Both the position numbers and the translations under genes were made by a program. Positions 1 through 12,403 of a stretch of 64,000 nt of DNA are shown in pieces. The notes below the pieces were generated by a model that ran no database searches, was not told the DNA's origin, and saw only the letters and a list, made by a program, of their open reading frames with translations. The stretch covers positions 35,960,001-36,024,000 of the forward strand of contig OZ024746.1 in NCBI GenBank assembly GCA_964016885.1, written 5' to 3'. This DNA comes from Eledone cirrhosa (lineage: Eukaryota). Every line of letters begins with the position of its first letter. Within the stretch, counting starts at the first letter, position 1.

Positions 1-358
1 TATTATTATTATTATTGGCGACCTACGTAGAACATCGTATCATCGTGAGCTCCGCAAAGGTTTGTTATTTCCGTTTGTTAAAAATTGCCATTTATGGAAA
101 ATTTTATCGTTAACTGTTTATAAGCACACATACATTGTTTTCCGAAAAGGACACCCAAAATGATTGGGGCCTTGTGCCCAAAATTTTAACTTTTATAATT
201 ATCCAAAAATTTCTTTGAAAAAAAATGGCTAATTCCCCTCTGCACGAAGCAGCTGAAAGCCTTCCTCACAAAATAACACCTCACACCGACACCACCATTG
301 TAAATGTTACTACGTTTGCCAACACAAAAAAAATATAAGCAGTAGCAATATTTTAAAT

Positions 359-2199
359 TTGTCTCAGGCAGATATTCATTTCCCGCCATTACCAATGACT
401 GCAGGTGTTAAAGCCTCCACCACCACCACCACCGCGACAACAGAAACAAACGAAGAAAAAAATAAATTAACTCGTGATGTCGAAATGAAATCAAGCAAAA
501 TGGACTCTTCCGCACCAAAGACGAATGACGTCACCAACACCACAACTGAAACAAAAATTAAGATTAACACAAATAACGATAGCAACAACAACAACAATGA
601 CATTATAAAACCGACCCTCAGTTTCGCCATCGTAGCAAAACAATTCGAAGCGTTCACGGTAACTCAAGAAGATTTAGAAAATGCCAAACAAATGGTAAAG
701 AAAGATGGGTACAGGGTCATCCTCACCCCCCCCCCCCACACACCTAATAAAATGGAGGATCGGCGCCTATGCACCGTGTCGTATAGAACAATAAATGTAA
801 AATCGCGCCGAGTGGAACGGGCATCCGAGTCCCAAATCCAAAAAGCTTTGGGACATGTGTGGGCAAGAAAAACCCACATCAGACGTGGGCAAAAGTATGG
901 AACCGTGGATGTGTTCTTTGAAACACCAGAGGAGGCTAGAGAACACTCCATGGCCCCATTAAAAAGTGACGACCTCACACTCGTCCCAAGCTATTGTGGC
1001 CAGAGACTCGTAAAGATCAGGGTGACCCACGTTCCACCGGCCATCGGAATTCCCTGGCTAATAGCGGCTGTCCTCGCCGGCATCGAAGCCAACACGAAAA
1101 TAATAGCAGTAGCAAAAGAAAAGCAGGAAAACTGGTCCGGATCTGGGATGGAGCTCCTGATCCAAGCGGACCAAAAAAGCATTGAGGAGATCCCAGAGGT
1201 AATAGACCTCACTGACGGCAGCCACCTCACGGTAATTGTCGAGGGCAGAAGACCTAGGTGTGTCGTTTGTGGTGAAGGAACCCACCTAAGGGCTTTCTGC
1301 CCTCAGGCTAAAAGGTTGAGGCCACCTCTCCTACCCACCCCAGTGACACAACCATCAACACCACCAGTAGCAGAGATGGCAGCAACAACTGTAGCAGCAA
1401 CAACAGAAGCAACTATAACAGCAACAACCGCAGCAACAGTAGCAAAACCAACACCACTACCACCACCAGCAAAACCAACACCACCACCACCCAACGCTTC
1501 AGAACTAGCACCAGCGCCTACACCATCCACCACACCACAACCAAAACTAACGGCTGTGGAGGATTTTCCACTCCCCGGCCTATCACAACTGGAGACAGAT
1601 TGTGACGACGAGGAGTGGGAAACGATATCAGGAAAAAAAAAGAAACCAAAAAAGAAAAAAATTCTCTTCCTTCCCCCTCCAAAAACAAAATACAGAGGGA
1701 AACAAATAAACTAAGAAACAAAAAAGTTAGGACAGATATGCCACCATCCACACCAGCATCACCAACCCCATCAACCCAAACACCAACACCATCACCATCA
1801 TTAACTCCAACACCACCATCACCTACACCACAAAAGTCACCAAAATGCGAAACAGAAACAAACCCACAACAAACGCAAACAAAACAAAACAACCAAAACG
1901 ATACACACTACACAGCATTAAATTTGAACAACAAGCAATTATTACACTACATCCAACACAACACCAGCATCACAGAAAAAGACTACACAACAACCCCAAA
2001 ATTCACACCACCTCCACACATACAAATCACTCGCATCACACAGAAAACGTACATGACACTAAAACAAAAATTCCCCAAAGACATCGGAGACTTCCGACAA
2101 GCACTCTCCAGGAGGATTTATAAGGACATCCTTCCTGAGGAGGCCACAAGCAGTGAAAAGGATGGAAAAGCCGTCCTTCCCCTACGAGAAGTAAGGTAA
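359..2199 (+). pseudogene. Tx1 ORF1 (nucleic-acid-binding protein), split by a frameshift in an A-run near 1633-1660
   Basis: ORFs 359..1714 and 1615..2199 overlap. RRM-like segment (GTVDVFFETPEEA), zinc knuckle CVVCGEGTHLRAFC, Pro/Thr-rich tail. Ends 34 nt before the ORF2 ATG. Confidence 0.75.
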
Positions 2200-2233
2200 G
2201 TGGTCTTTCCCATCTTTTCCACTCCTTTTCAAC

Positions 2234-4897
2234 ATGACCTCACTCAGAATAGGCAGCATAAATGCGCGTGGCTTGGGGTCGTCATGGAAGCAGGGCCACC
2301 TGCTCAACGACCTCAGGTCACTAAACATAGATGTAGTGGCCATCAGCGAGACCAGAATCTCCGAAGCACAGGCTTTCGCACCGATCTTCGGCGGCTACGA
2401 TGTGTACGCATCTCCCAGCCGTCCGGGATCGGGGGGAGGAGTTGCTGTGCTTTTTCGGAGAGGTTTGGATCTTGCCATACGGGCCATCTTCCTGGACCCA
2501 GAAGGTAAGTTGGTGGTGCTGGACGTGACCAGCGGAGACGGGCAAGCTTTCAGGTTAGTGGCCGTCTATGCCCCGACAGGAGCAGGGCGGCCTGATTTCT
2601 TCCGGCGTCTGGAGACCTTTCTTGGAACGTCCCGCTCTTTAGTGTTAGTGGGCGACTGGAACGGGATCTTAGATGCACGCTGGGATTGTGTGGGATTAGT
2701 GGATAGGGAAGGAGGGTGCAAGAGTCTCACCAACCTGCTCAGACGCTTTGAACTATCTGACAGGTACCGAATGGATTTCCCGAATGTACAAATGTGGACT
2801 TGGACAAATCGCATAGAGTCATCCAGATCATAACTAGATAGAGTATTTTGTAGGGAAATAGATAGGTCTAGCATAGGCTGTCCACAATTCAAGATAGTCA
2901 GCTACACGGACCACAAATTCGTGATCTGTGTGCTTGACTTAGATAGGCTTCATAGACGAGGACCCGGCTACTGGAAGCTAAACGCGTCCTTACCAGCGCG
3001 CAAGGCCTACAGATACCGGATTAGCGAACTAGTTAAGCGGGCGTTGACGGGGGCCATCGTCAACAACAAGTGGTGGTTTGCTCTGAAAAGAGCAATTAGA
3101 ATAGAGTCCATTAGGTTTAGTAAGAATTTAGCAATAGAGAAAAATAGAGCAGAGGGAGAATTAGTTAGAAAATTAGATGAGGCGCCTAGCAAAGGCATCG
3201 CGACCGACGTACTTGCGGCGAAATTGGCCCTTGACCAATTCTTCAATGCAAAGCACGAAGGCTGCGTTGTCAGAGCTAGGGTGCGTGCTCTCAGACACGA
3301 GGGGACGAAAGCCGTTCAATGGGCCCGAGTGGCGGAGGCGCGTCGTGGCAACAAAGCCACGATCCGGTCTTTGGTGGACCACGACGGGTGCATGCTACTC
3401 GATCCCGGGCAAATGTGTGAAGCTTTTCAGCGACACTTCGCTCAACTGTTCGGGGGCAGTGGCGGGCCGGATCGAGGGATGGACTTTAGTGTCTACCTCA
3501 ACGGACTGCCGCTGCTTTCGGCCACTGAGGCGGAGTGTTGCGAAAAGCCGATAACAACCGCTGAAGTACGGGATGCAATGACTAGTTGCACAAGGGGTAA
3601 ATCGCCTGGTTTGGATGGTCTGCCCTATGAACTTTACGTACAAATGCCAAACTTGTTCGGAGGCCTCTTGGCGGACGTCTACTGCAACTGGCAACAGAAC
3701 GGGAGAATTCCCCGCTCTGTGAGCCGAGGAGCGATGGCGCTGCTGAGAAAGGATCCGAACAAGGGGGATAACAGATAATTTTAGGCCCATAACTCTGCTA
3801 AACACAGAGTTCAAGATTTTGGCCAAGGTGCTAGCAAAGAGGTTGGCGCTTGTCGTTGGTGGTCTGGTAGGAGAGGCACAGACATGCGCCATTCCCGACA
3901 GATCCATCCACGACAACCTCCACCTCATGCGATACATCGTAGAGAGGGTAGCTAGGGAACCTGGCACGGGTGGGTCTTTGATCAATTTAGATCAGTCGAA
4001 AGCCTTCGATTCGGTCGACCATTGTTACCTAGCGGCAGTCCTGAGGGCGGCTGGCTTTGGGCCCGTCTTCAGAGGCTGGATCGCTGCCATGCACAGCGAC
4101 ATCTGCTCTGTAGTGAGAGTGAACGGTCACCTTTCGGAACCGTTCAACATCATGCGCTCGGTCCGCCAAGGATGTCCCCTCTCGTCCCTATTGTACGTAT
4201 TGACTCTCGAGCCATTACTGCACAAACTGGAGACGTTGAGGGGGGTCCCGCGCGAACTAGGATGCGGAAGATCCGTGTCAGCATATGCCGACGATGTCAC
4301 CGTAGTGGTGTCGAACGCCAAACACATTGAGGCGATCGGCACTACACTAAGAGAATACGAAGGAGCAATGATCAACCAGAAAAAGTCAGTGGGCCTGCAG
4401 CTCGGCACCTGGAGAGGCAGGTACATGCCGTCCAACAGCGTCGTCGGGCGCTGGACGGACGGACCGGTTAAATTGCTAGGGGTCTGGTTCGGTCCAGACT
4501 TCCAGACGGACAAAAACTGGGACGAGGTGACGAGCAGGGTGGCTTCTCTCACCCAGAAATGGGCCGAGAAGAAGCTATCCCTGAAAGGTCGAGCGGAGGT
4601 GGCGAATGCGTACATCGCATCCGTCATCTACTACCGTCGTACCTTGTCCTAAGCCCCGCCTGACTGCGCTGGAGCGTTTGCTCTTTCGCTTCTCGTGGAA
4701 GGGACGCGCTCCGATGGTCAGGCGGTCCATCTGCTGTCAACACCCGCTACGTGGAGGGCTGGGCATGCCGTGGCTGATGATGCGCAGACACGCGTTCAGG
4801 CTACGACATCTCCACCTCTTCCTCGACGGTGATCAGGTGTGGTCGCCGTTTGCAAGACACGTTTTTCCCCAGCTCGTCTTCTTGACGGAGCTGCAGT
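2234..4897 (+). pseudogene. Tx1 ORF2 (APE endonuclease + reverse transcriptase), disrupted
   Basis: SINARGL, ISET, VYAP, GDWN and S*LDRVF (TAA at 2831). KSPGLDGLPYE, DQSKAFD, RQGCPLS, AYADD. Frameshifts near 3775 and 4635. Confidence 0.92.
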
Positions 4898-6135
4898 ATC
4901 TGTCACATGTTGATTTTATACTGTACTTTTTTTTCTATTTTCTAAGTTTAGTTTGTTTAACATGTTCATCTACTTTATAGTTTGTTAAAATTTCTATGTC
5001 AGATCGGAGAAGGTTTATTTGGCGATTGATGTTCTCTTGCCAAGTAGATTTATTGTGGGAATTCCTTTGTTTTTTCATCTTCACTCCACGTAAGTGAGGG
5101 TGACTTTAGCCGATGCATAATAGAGATGATTTAAATCAGTAATGTTTAGTTTGTTTGTGATGATAATGTTTTTGAGAATTATGTTAGTCTTGTGTATTAT
5201 CTTTTGGTTCCGTTTGGAGTTCTGGATCTTAGGGAGGGTGTCTCGTTGCCCCATGTCAGATTCTTTCATTTTCATCCATTCGATCATAATTTCATCCTTC
5301 AAGTTGGCAAGTTCATTCTCATTCATTTCTTTATCATTTACGATTTCATTATTTTCATTTTCAGTTTCATCTTGAGCATGCACTCCCTCCACTTTTTCGA
5401 TCCTTTCTTTAATTTGTTCTGTTGCCAGTGATTCCGCCCCAACCCTGGGATTCGAAGTGTTACAGTTTACCTCGTTTTCACTGACACATGTTTTATTTTC
5501 CCTTCGCTGACTTTGTGCTAATAGCTTGATCTGATCAAATTCTATATCAGTTAGTAACTTTTTTCTTACAATATTTCTTCGTATATTGGCTAGTTTGTTA
5601 CTGTCAATATAGCCTCTGTTTTCGGGATGTTTCTTTTTCCAGTTGATATATGTCTGTTCTGTATTCGATGTATTTGATGTGTAGTACATGGCAGTGTAGA
5701 AAGCCTCAAGGACTTCTTTATTATCTTCGCTTGACCATTTTTCTCTCTTTGTCTTTGGATTTCTTTGTCGTGAGCATGGAGGGCCAACAGTAAGAGTATT
5801 TCGGTTATGGGATGTCTCCAGCTCCGAAGTGATGGGAAGGTTTGAACCATTAGCTAATTTTTCCACCCCAGTCTGGTTCCTCTCTGAGGGACGCGGCCCT
5901 TTTAAACCCGGGTGACGGCCGACCCGGAATAAGATTTTATCATTAGACATTTACTTTATTTTGTCGCGTTTTATCCTTATCCGCCAAGGGGTAATCATTT
6001 CTTCTTACCACTACTAGGACGAGTGTCAACCAAGACTAGAGGGGTCGTCCTCCCCTAGAGACACGGCTATTCTCCGCCGGCCGCCATCCCGGTATTTCTT
6101 GGTCACGTGGTTTTCTTTTTTGTTTTGTTTTTTAA
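4898..6135 (-). mobile_element. R4/Dong-like LINE, 5' fragment (5' UTR plus N-terminal ORF 5081..5950)
   Basis: N-terminus KREKWSSEDNKEVLEAFY...KLANIRRNIVRKKLL resembles the N-terminus of the longer element at 28241..29032 (QWSYELNKVLYEAY...HLNEQTKRIIRCKL). GC-rich structured 5' UTR; short TAA run upstream. Confidence 0.7.
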
Positions 6136-7953
6136 ATTATTATTATCATGAGTTTTTCCTTAATGTGAGCATTGCGTGGCTTAAGAATGAAATTATTAAT
6201 AATATAATATACTTTTTGCTGAAGTTGCCTGTTATTGTTGTTGGCTATGTCGGTGGTGGTTGGTGCTGGGGCTTTTTCTATTGTTGGTGGGGAAGGGGGA
6301 GCCAGCAGTGCCATAGCCGTTGACGTTTGGCCGGTGGACGGGTCACTAAGTCAATCTATTTATATCTTTTGCTAGCCTCTCCTTTGTCTAGTGATACCGC
6401 CACCTTCCCCTTTCTTAAGTCAACAGAAGGTAATGGGGGAATAGTGGTGGTAGCAATGAAGGGGTGGTGGCGGCGGTGATGGGATAGTGGTAGCAATGAT
6501 GGATGGAGTGGTGGCGGCAGTGACTATAGTGATGGCGTTGTCGTTACTAAGTTTTGTTGAATAGACTAGTTTTGTTTGATCTGTGTATCTATGCGTTTGT
6601 CGCGTATGTTTAATATATGTATTGACATATTTTTTTATATTGGAATGAAACATTTTGTGAAAACTTGAGGCAATGATAATAGTAATTATTATATATTATG
6701 CTGGGATTGGTGGTGGTGGTGGTGAAATTGCCATTATCTGGCTGTTGTATTTAGTGTACACAGAGGGGTGATGGGATAGGTGGTTTATCTAGTTCGTGGT
6801 GTTGGACTAGTCTGATAAATAGAGCATCGGACAGAATGCATTGCACCATTCGTTTAGGAACTCATATCTAAGCGAGGTTATCTTCGCATTAAATAATTTC
6901 TGGATTAATAAATTCAAGTACCAACCAAGTTTTGGATTCATTATAATCGAAATACCATTCTAAGTTCTACTTTGCTGGTTTCGTATCTAAATTAAAAATT
7001 AAAATGATTATTAATATTATCATCATTTTTGTTTCAGTCTCAATTTTTGTCATCCAAATTGCATTTCATTCTTCGATATCGAACCGCCTTTTACAAACGT
7101 AGCTACCTTCATTGTTTCTATCGTTTTTGCTGTGCCAAATAAACGAATATTGAGGAGAATAATAAAATTGAGGCAACCATTTAAATGCTTTGTCCTTGTT
7201 ACTGCCGCTGCTATCATAAGATGATATCTTCACGACAATTTCTGATCCTCTACATTTCTTGTCAGATCTTGATATTTCCATCTAAGTTATTTTCTCTCTC
7301 ATTCGGAAGGCGAATAATGATATTTGACAGTCTTGCATAACATACACTATTTATATCAAATATCATGTATCTAAAACTACAGACAATTATTTATTTTAAT
7401 GTGTGTTACATATTTCAAATATGCAGACAAGACAGCAACTAAAACATTAGTAGTGCTATATTACTTCACTCATCAAATTTGTCAAGCCATAAGAAATGAT
7501 ATGGTTATTAATATAATTTATTATTAGGATACGTGAAGAAGATAATAACCCACTATTTATAATGGACATTATCATTTGAACACATATGTAACAATTTTCT
7601 GTTAAATGAGGCAAACTAGGAAATAACATATTTCGAACTACTCACTTTTAGAATTATTTCACAGAAACGTTTTAAAATATTAGAAGCTTAGCATTTTACT
7701 TGTATATGAAGACCACTTAAAAAAATCGGAATATATAAACAACACTAAATGGAAATGAAATCTGGAATATGTGAAATAAAATCTAATTTCAGTTTTAAAT
7801 TATATTTCGTTGGTTATGAATATATAATAGATATTTCCTATCTAACTTAAGATATGCGTGTATATACATACACAAACAAATAGATATGAAATATATTTTA
7901 TGCAGCATCTAATATTTTTGAATTTTTTAAATCATTGTATTCAAAGGATGACG

Positions 7954-8040
<87 letters not shown>
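7954..8040. repeat. (ATT)n microsatellite
   Basis: Perfect trinucleotide run. Confidence 0.98.
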
Positions 8041-8042
<2 letters not shown>

Positions 8043-8776
8043 GAAATGACGATGATGGTGATGATGATGGATGGAAAGAAAATATGAATTAAACGTAAAT
8101 CAACATGTACATAGGTAATGTATGTAGCCTTCATCGGAAAAGACGCATTCTATTTACAAGGAAATCTCAACATTAATGTTTGCTGCATTCTATTCTCAAG
8201 TGGTTTATACTCTAACGGTTGTTAGGTTCAATATATTTACGAGTACAATGTAGTTTATTTCAGAGCTTTTAAAGTTATTTCACACTACAATACGTATAAA
8301 TATATATATATATATATATATACTAAATGTGAGAGGGGGTCAGCGTCTCTTGGCATTTATCATTTACACCAAGTACAGTATCGAATGTTGCAACGTTGAG
8401 TTGTTGGTAACTAACCGGGCTTTGATAGTTGGGCGGATGGGACATATAACTTGAGAAAGGGAACATCCTCCTGAGCGTAAACGACTACCTAAAAGTGTGG
8501 AATGATGCCCAAATATATTGATAATAACAGGCAACTCTTTCTAGGCAAACACTTTGTGCAAAATCTGTTTGGGTCATCCTAATTTTGCACGCCTTCCATC
8601 CACTCACTCACTCTATTAACAATATGGTTACTGCTCAAGCAACAATTGTCACTAGCTATCTACTTATATATCGACGTACATTCCCACAAGGTGAGCGTCT
8701 AACTTTCTCTAAATGTATCGCTCTACTTGGTTTCTCTATCTATCTATCTATCTATCTATATATCTATCTATCTATC

Positions 8777-11152
8777 GGGAGGGAGGGAGGGGCTATGGAT
8801 TTCGGTCCATACCTCGACAGCCTACCGCGACTCTCGGACAGCGAGGCAAAGTTCTGCGAAACCCGATTTCAGCCGCTGAGATAGGGAACGCGCTGAGCCA
8901 ATGCGGCAAACGCAAATCTCCAGGTCTCGACGGTCTACCCTACGAATTTTACGTAGCAATGCCGGACTCTATTCTCCGGTCTCCTGGAAGCGGTCTACTG
9001 CAACTGGCAACAGAACGGGAGAATTCCCAGTTCTGTAACCGGTCACACTAGTCAGGAAGGACGAGAATAAGGGGGATGGCATAGACAACTTCCGGCCCAT
9101 AACTCTGCTAAACACAGAGTTACAGATTTTGGCCAAGGTGTTGGCAAAGAGGCTGGCGCTTGTCGTCGAGAACCTGGTGGGAGAAGCGCAGACATGCGCA
9201 ATGCTGACCAGGTCCATACACGACAAATTTCACCTCATGCGATACATCATAGAGAGGGTAGGGTGTAAACCCGGCTTCGGTGGGGCCCTGATCAACTTGG
9301 ATCAGTCTAAGGCTTTCGATAGGTTTACCATCGTTACCTGGATGCTGTGCTCGAGGCGGCAGGCTTCGGACCCGTGTTCATGGGCTGGATTGCTGCAATG
9401 CACAACAGCAACATCTGCTCAAGTGTCAAGGTGAACGGCTAGCTCTCGGAGCCGTTCCATATTACGCGATCCATTCGACAGGGATGCCCTCTCTCCTCCC
9501 TTCTGTACGTACCGACTGTCGAGCCACTACCTCGGAAGATGGAGCTATTGCAGTGCATCCCTCTGGAACCGGGACTGCGGAAAGCGGCGTCGGCCTACGC
9601 CGACGACGTGACAGTAATGGTGTCGAGCGCCTCGCAAATCAAGGAAGTCGGCACCTTACTGAAGGAATACGAAAGTTTCACAGGAGCGAAGCTGAACCGG
9701 GACAAGTCCATCGGTTTGCAACTCGGATCGTGGAGAGACAAACCGATGCCTTCCGATGGCGTCGTCGGACGCTGGACGGAAGGACCGGTAAAGCTGCTCG
9801 GGGACTGGTTTGGTCCGGACCTCCAGGTGGAGAAGAACTGGAACGAAGTGACGGCCAAGGTGTTTGCACTCACCCAGAAGTGGGCCGAGTGCAAAATATC
9901 CTTGAAAGGTCGAGCAGAGGTGCCGAACACTTTTATAGCGTCCGCCATCTACTACCGCTTGACGTCGTGCCTTGTCCAGCCAAAAAGCTCTCCAGAATGG
10001 AGCGCGCGCTCTTCCAATTCCTTTGGAAGAGGCGGGCTTTGGTGAGAAGATCCATCTGCTGCCGATACCCTTCTAACGGAGTGCTGGGGATGCCGTGGTT
10101 GACGATACGCAAACACGCACCCAGCCTGCGGCATCTCTACGTATTCCTCACCGGACAAACGGTGTGGGCCCCGTTCGTGAGGCGAGCCTTCCCACGACTC
10201 GTCTCGCTGACCGAGATGCAGTCCTGGGTCAAGCAAAGACCGAGGAAAATTGGCGACTGGCACATCGAATGTGCTCAGGCGCTCACAGTCCTCTGGCAGG
10301 CGGATCCGGCGATCAGTGGAGACTCCACTTCGTCATTCTATAGAGGGTTGATCCGCAGCAAGTGCGACGACGCGCTCGGTGAAACTCTAGGCGTAGAGGA
10401 AGATGAACTGGCCTGGCAGTGCTACCGAGGAGCTCTACCAGTTCGAGACAGGCACTACAGACATGGGCGCGTGGGCAGGGACCCTGCAAAAAAGATCTGT
10501 CCGAGGTGCGTGCGTAACGAAGAAACCGTCGCGCACGCATTCATACACTGCCCGGGCGTCACTGACCTGTGGGGCTATGTAGAACGACTATTGTCGCGTG
10601 TGGGACCAATCCGGTTGACCACCGAGTCCATTGTCATGAACAAACCGCCACCCTCCTTCAAAAACGAAGGAGAGGCGGTTTTCCGTTGTGTGATAGCTAT
10701 AGCGAAAGATGTTGTATGGTGGACGAAGTTGAAAGGGCTGAGGTTAGACACATTTTTCTCCGGCCAACAACTGTTTCTTTTTTTCAAATACCACTTTGGA
10801 AGAAGAATCATGATGGAGAGAGAGGTGCTGTACCCCAGCAAGTTTTATGAAAGGTGGGTGAAAGTGGCGAGAATGGCCCGAGTGAATGGGCCTTCTCTTA
10901 ATATCAGCCTGTAGGTTGAGGAAAAGGAGGAGGAGAGGAAAGGAGTACAAACTCTTCGTACTCCTGTCTATGAGGGTTTCCCATTTTTTCGGGGGTATGT
11001 GTTACCCATATGAACTGTCTCCCCCTATTGGGGAAAATCGACTAATTTTTTAAATTGCATTTGTGATAACAATTTACACATTTTTATTGTATGTAAACTT
11101 CCCCCTTTGTATTTGTCCCCTTCTTTTGTGCCCCTGTGGCTAATAAAGAAAC
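8777..11152 (+). mobile_element. Tx1/L1-clade LINE copy B, 5'-truncated with intact 3' end
   Basis: Frameshifted RT (KSPGLDGLPYE, DQSKAFD, AYADD) and C-terminal zf-RVT (CPRC...ETVAHAFIHC). 3' UTR with AATAAA at 11142. Flanked on both sides by (TATC)n. Confidence 0.92.
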
Positions 11153-11195
11153 ATATCTATCTATCTATATATCTATATATCTATTTATCATGCTA

Positions 11196-11222
<27 letters not shown>

Positions 11223-11226
<4 letters not shown>

Positions 11227-12403
11227 GAATAAATTTAGTCCTTCATCAGTGATCTTCCAGCCTTCATTGGTATTTCATCGCTTTAAAGACCATATACCTC
11301 TGGTTGGTGCGAGCAACGGCTAGAGAAAGTTGTTGGGACAAGTAAATAGGGGGAACGAGCAAGACAGTAAACAAAGATAGTAATGCAACGAAAAGTGAGT
11401 CAAGTCCCTGAAATCGATGAACATGAGTTCTGTGAAATCGTGGACGAGAGAGAATAAAGATCATCCAACCTGGTCGAAATGTGAGTAAGGAAAGAATTTC
11501 GCACAGGTCAAACGGGAGGAAGAAGGAGTCAAGTTCCCGAAATCGATGAACATAAGTTCTGTGAAATCGTAGGGGAGCTCCTAAGTCCTCCCGTTTGACA
11601 TGTGCGAGATTATTTCCTCACTCACACTAAGACCAGGTCGAATGGTCTTTATTCTCTCTCGTCTACGATTTCATGGAGCTTATGTTCATCGATTTCAGGA
11701 ATTTGACTCCTTCTTCCTCACTTTTCTTTGTATTACCATCTTTGTTTGTTTACTGTCTCGCTCGTTATCCCGATTTACGTGTCCCAACGACTTTCTTTAG
11801 CCGTTGCTCGCACCAACCAGAGGTATATGGTCTTTAAAGCGAGGAAATACCAATGAAGGCTGGAAGATCACTGATGAAGGACTAAATTTATTCATATGTA
11901 ACCCATATGCAACCACGCAGCACGCCATGTTTTCATATTTTTCCTATATATATTTCTCCGCTGTGACCCGTCTGTTTCCTTCTTACTGCTTCCCCTTTTC
12001 TCTGTATCTCTCAAATCCCTTTACTTCCTCTACCAGTCACTCTCTCTGTTAGCCTCTTCCTCACACTTTCACTCACTCAATCTCTACTACTCCCTCTCCT
12101 ACTTCCTCCCGTTTGACCTGTGCGAGATTCTTTCCTCACTCACACTTCGACCAGGTCGGATGTTCTTTATTTTCTCTCGTCCACGATTTCACAGAATTTA
12201 TGTTCATCGATTTTAGGGACTTGACTCCTTCTTTCTCACTTTTCGTTGCATTACCATCTTTGTTTGTTTACTGTCTCGCTCATTCCCAGATATACGTGTC
12301 CCAACGACTTTCTTTAGCCGTTGCTCGCACCAACCAGAGGTATATGGTCTTTAAAGCGATGAAATACCAATGAAGGCTGGAGGATCACTGATGAAGGACT
12401 AAA
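11223..12403. repeat. About 300-bp repeat in three copies: inverted (11223-11520), direct (11587-11897) and direct (12105-12403); PLE pseudo-LTR-like
   Basis: Copies align by eye. Each carries GATCACTGATGAAGGACTAAA, the 5' half of a hammerhead core, at its end. Confidence 0.8.

Larger units (their letters stand above)
16..4897 (+). mobile_element. Tx1/L1-clade LINE copy A; 5' end apparently intact, 3'-truncated
   Basis: Follows a (TAT)n run. ORF1 has a CCHC knuckle; ORF2 has an APE endonuclease then RT. Similarity to copy B stops abruptly near 4897. Confidence 0.9.

Noticed and set aside
1625-1665. Programmed -1 frameshift in Tx1 ORF1
   Set aside because: It falls in a homopolymer A-run in a copy with other lesions; an indel or sequencing error is simpler and no stimulatory structure was seen.
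3395-4627. Antisense ORFs over the LINE RT
   Set aside because: Shadow frames of GC-rich coding sequence with no independent motifs.
6850-7300. Possible host exon or DNA transposase remnant (also 12780-13620 and 19450-20500)
   Set aside because: Coding-like texture but no recognisable motif or supported splice structure; needs a translated homology search.
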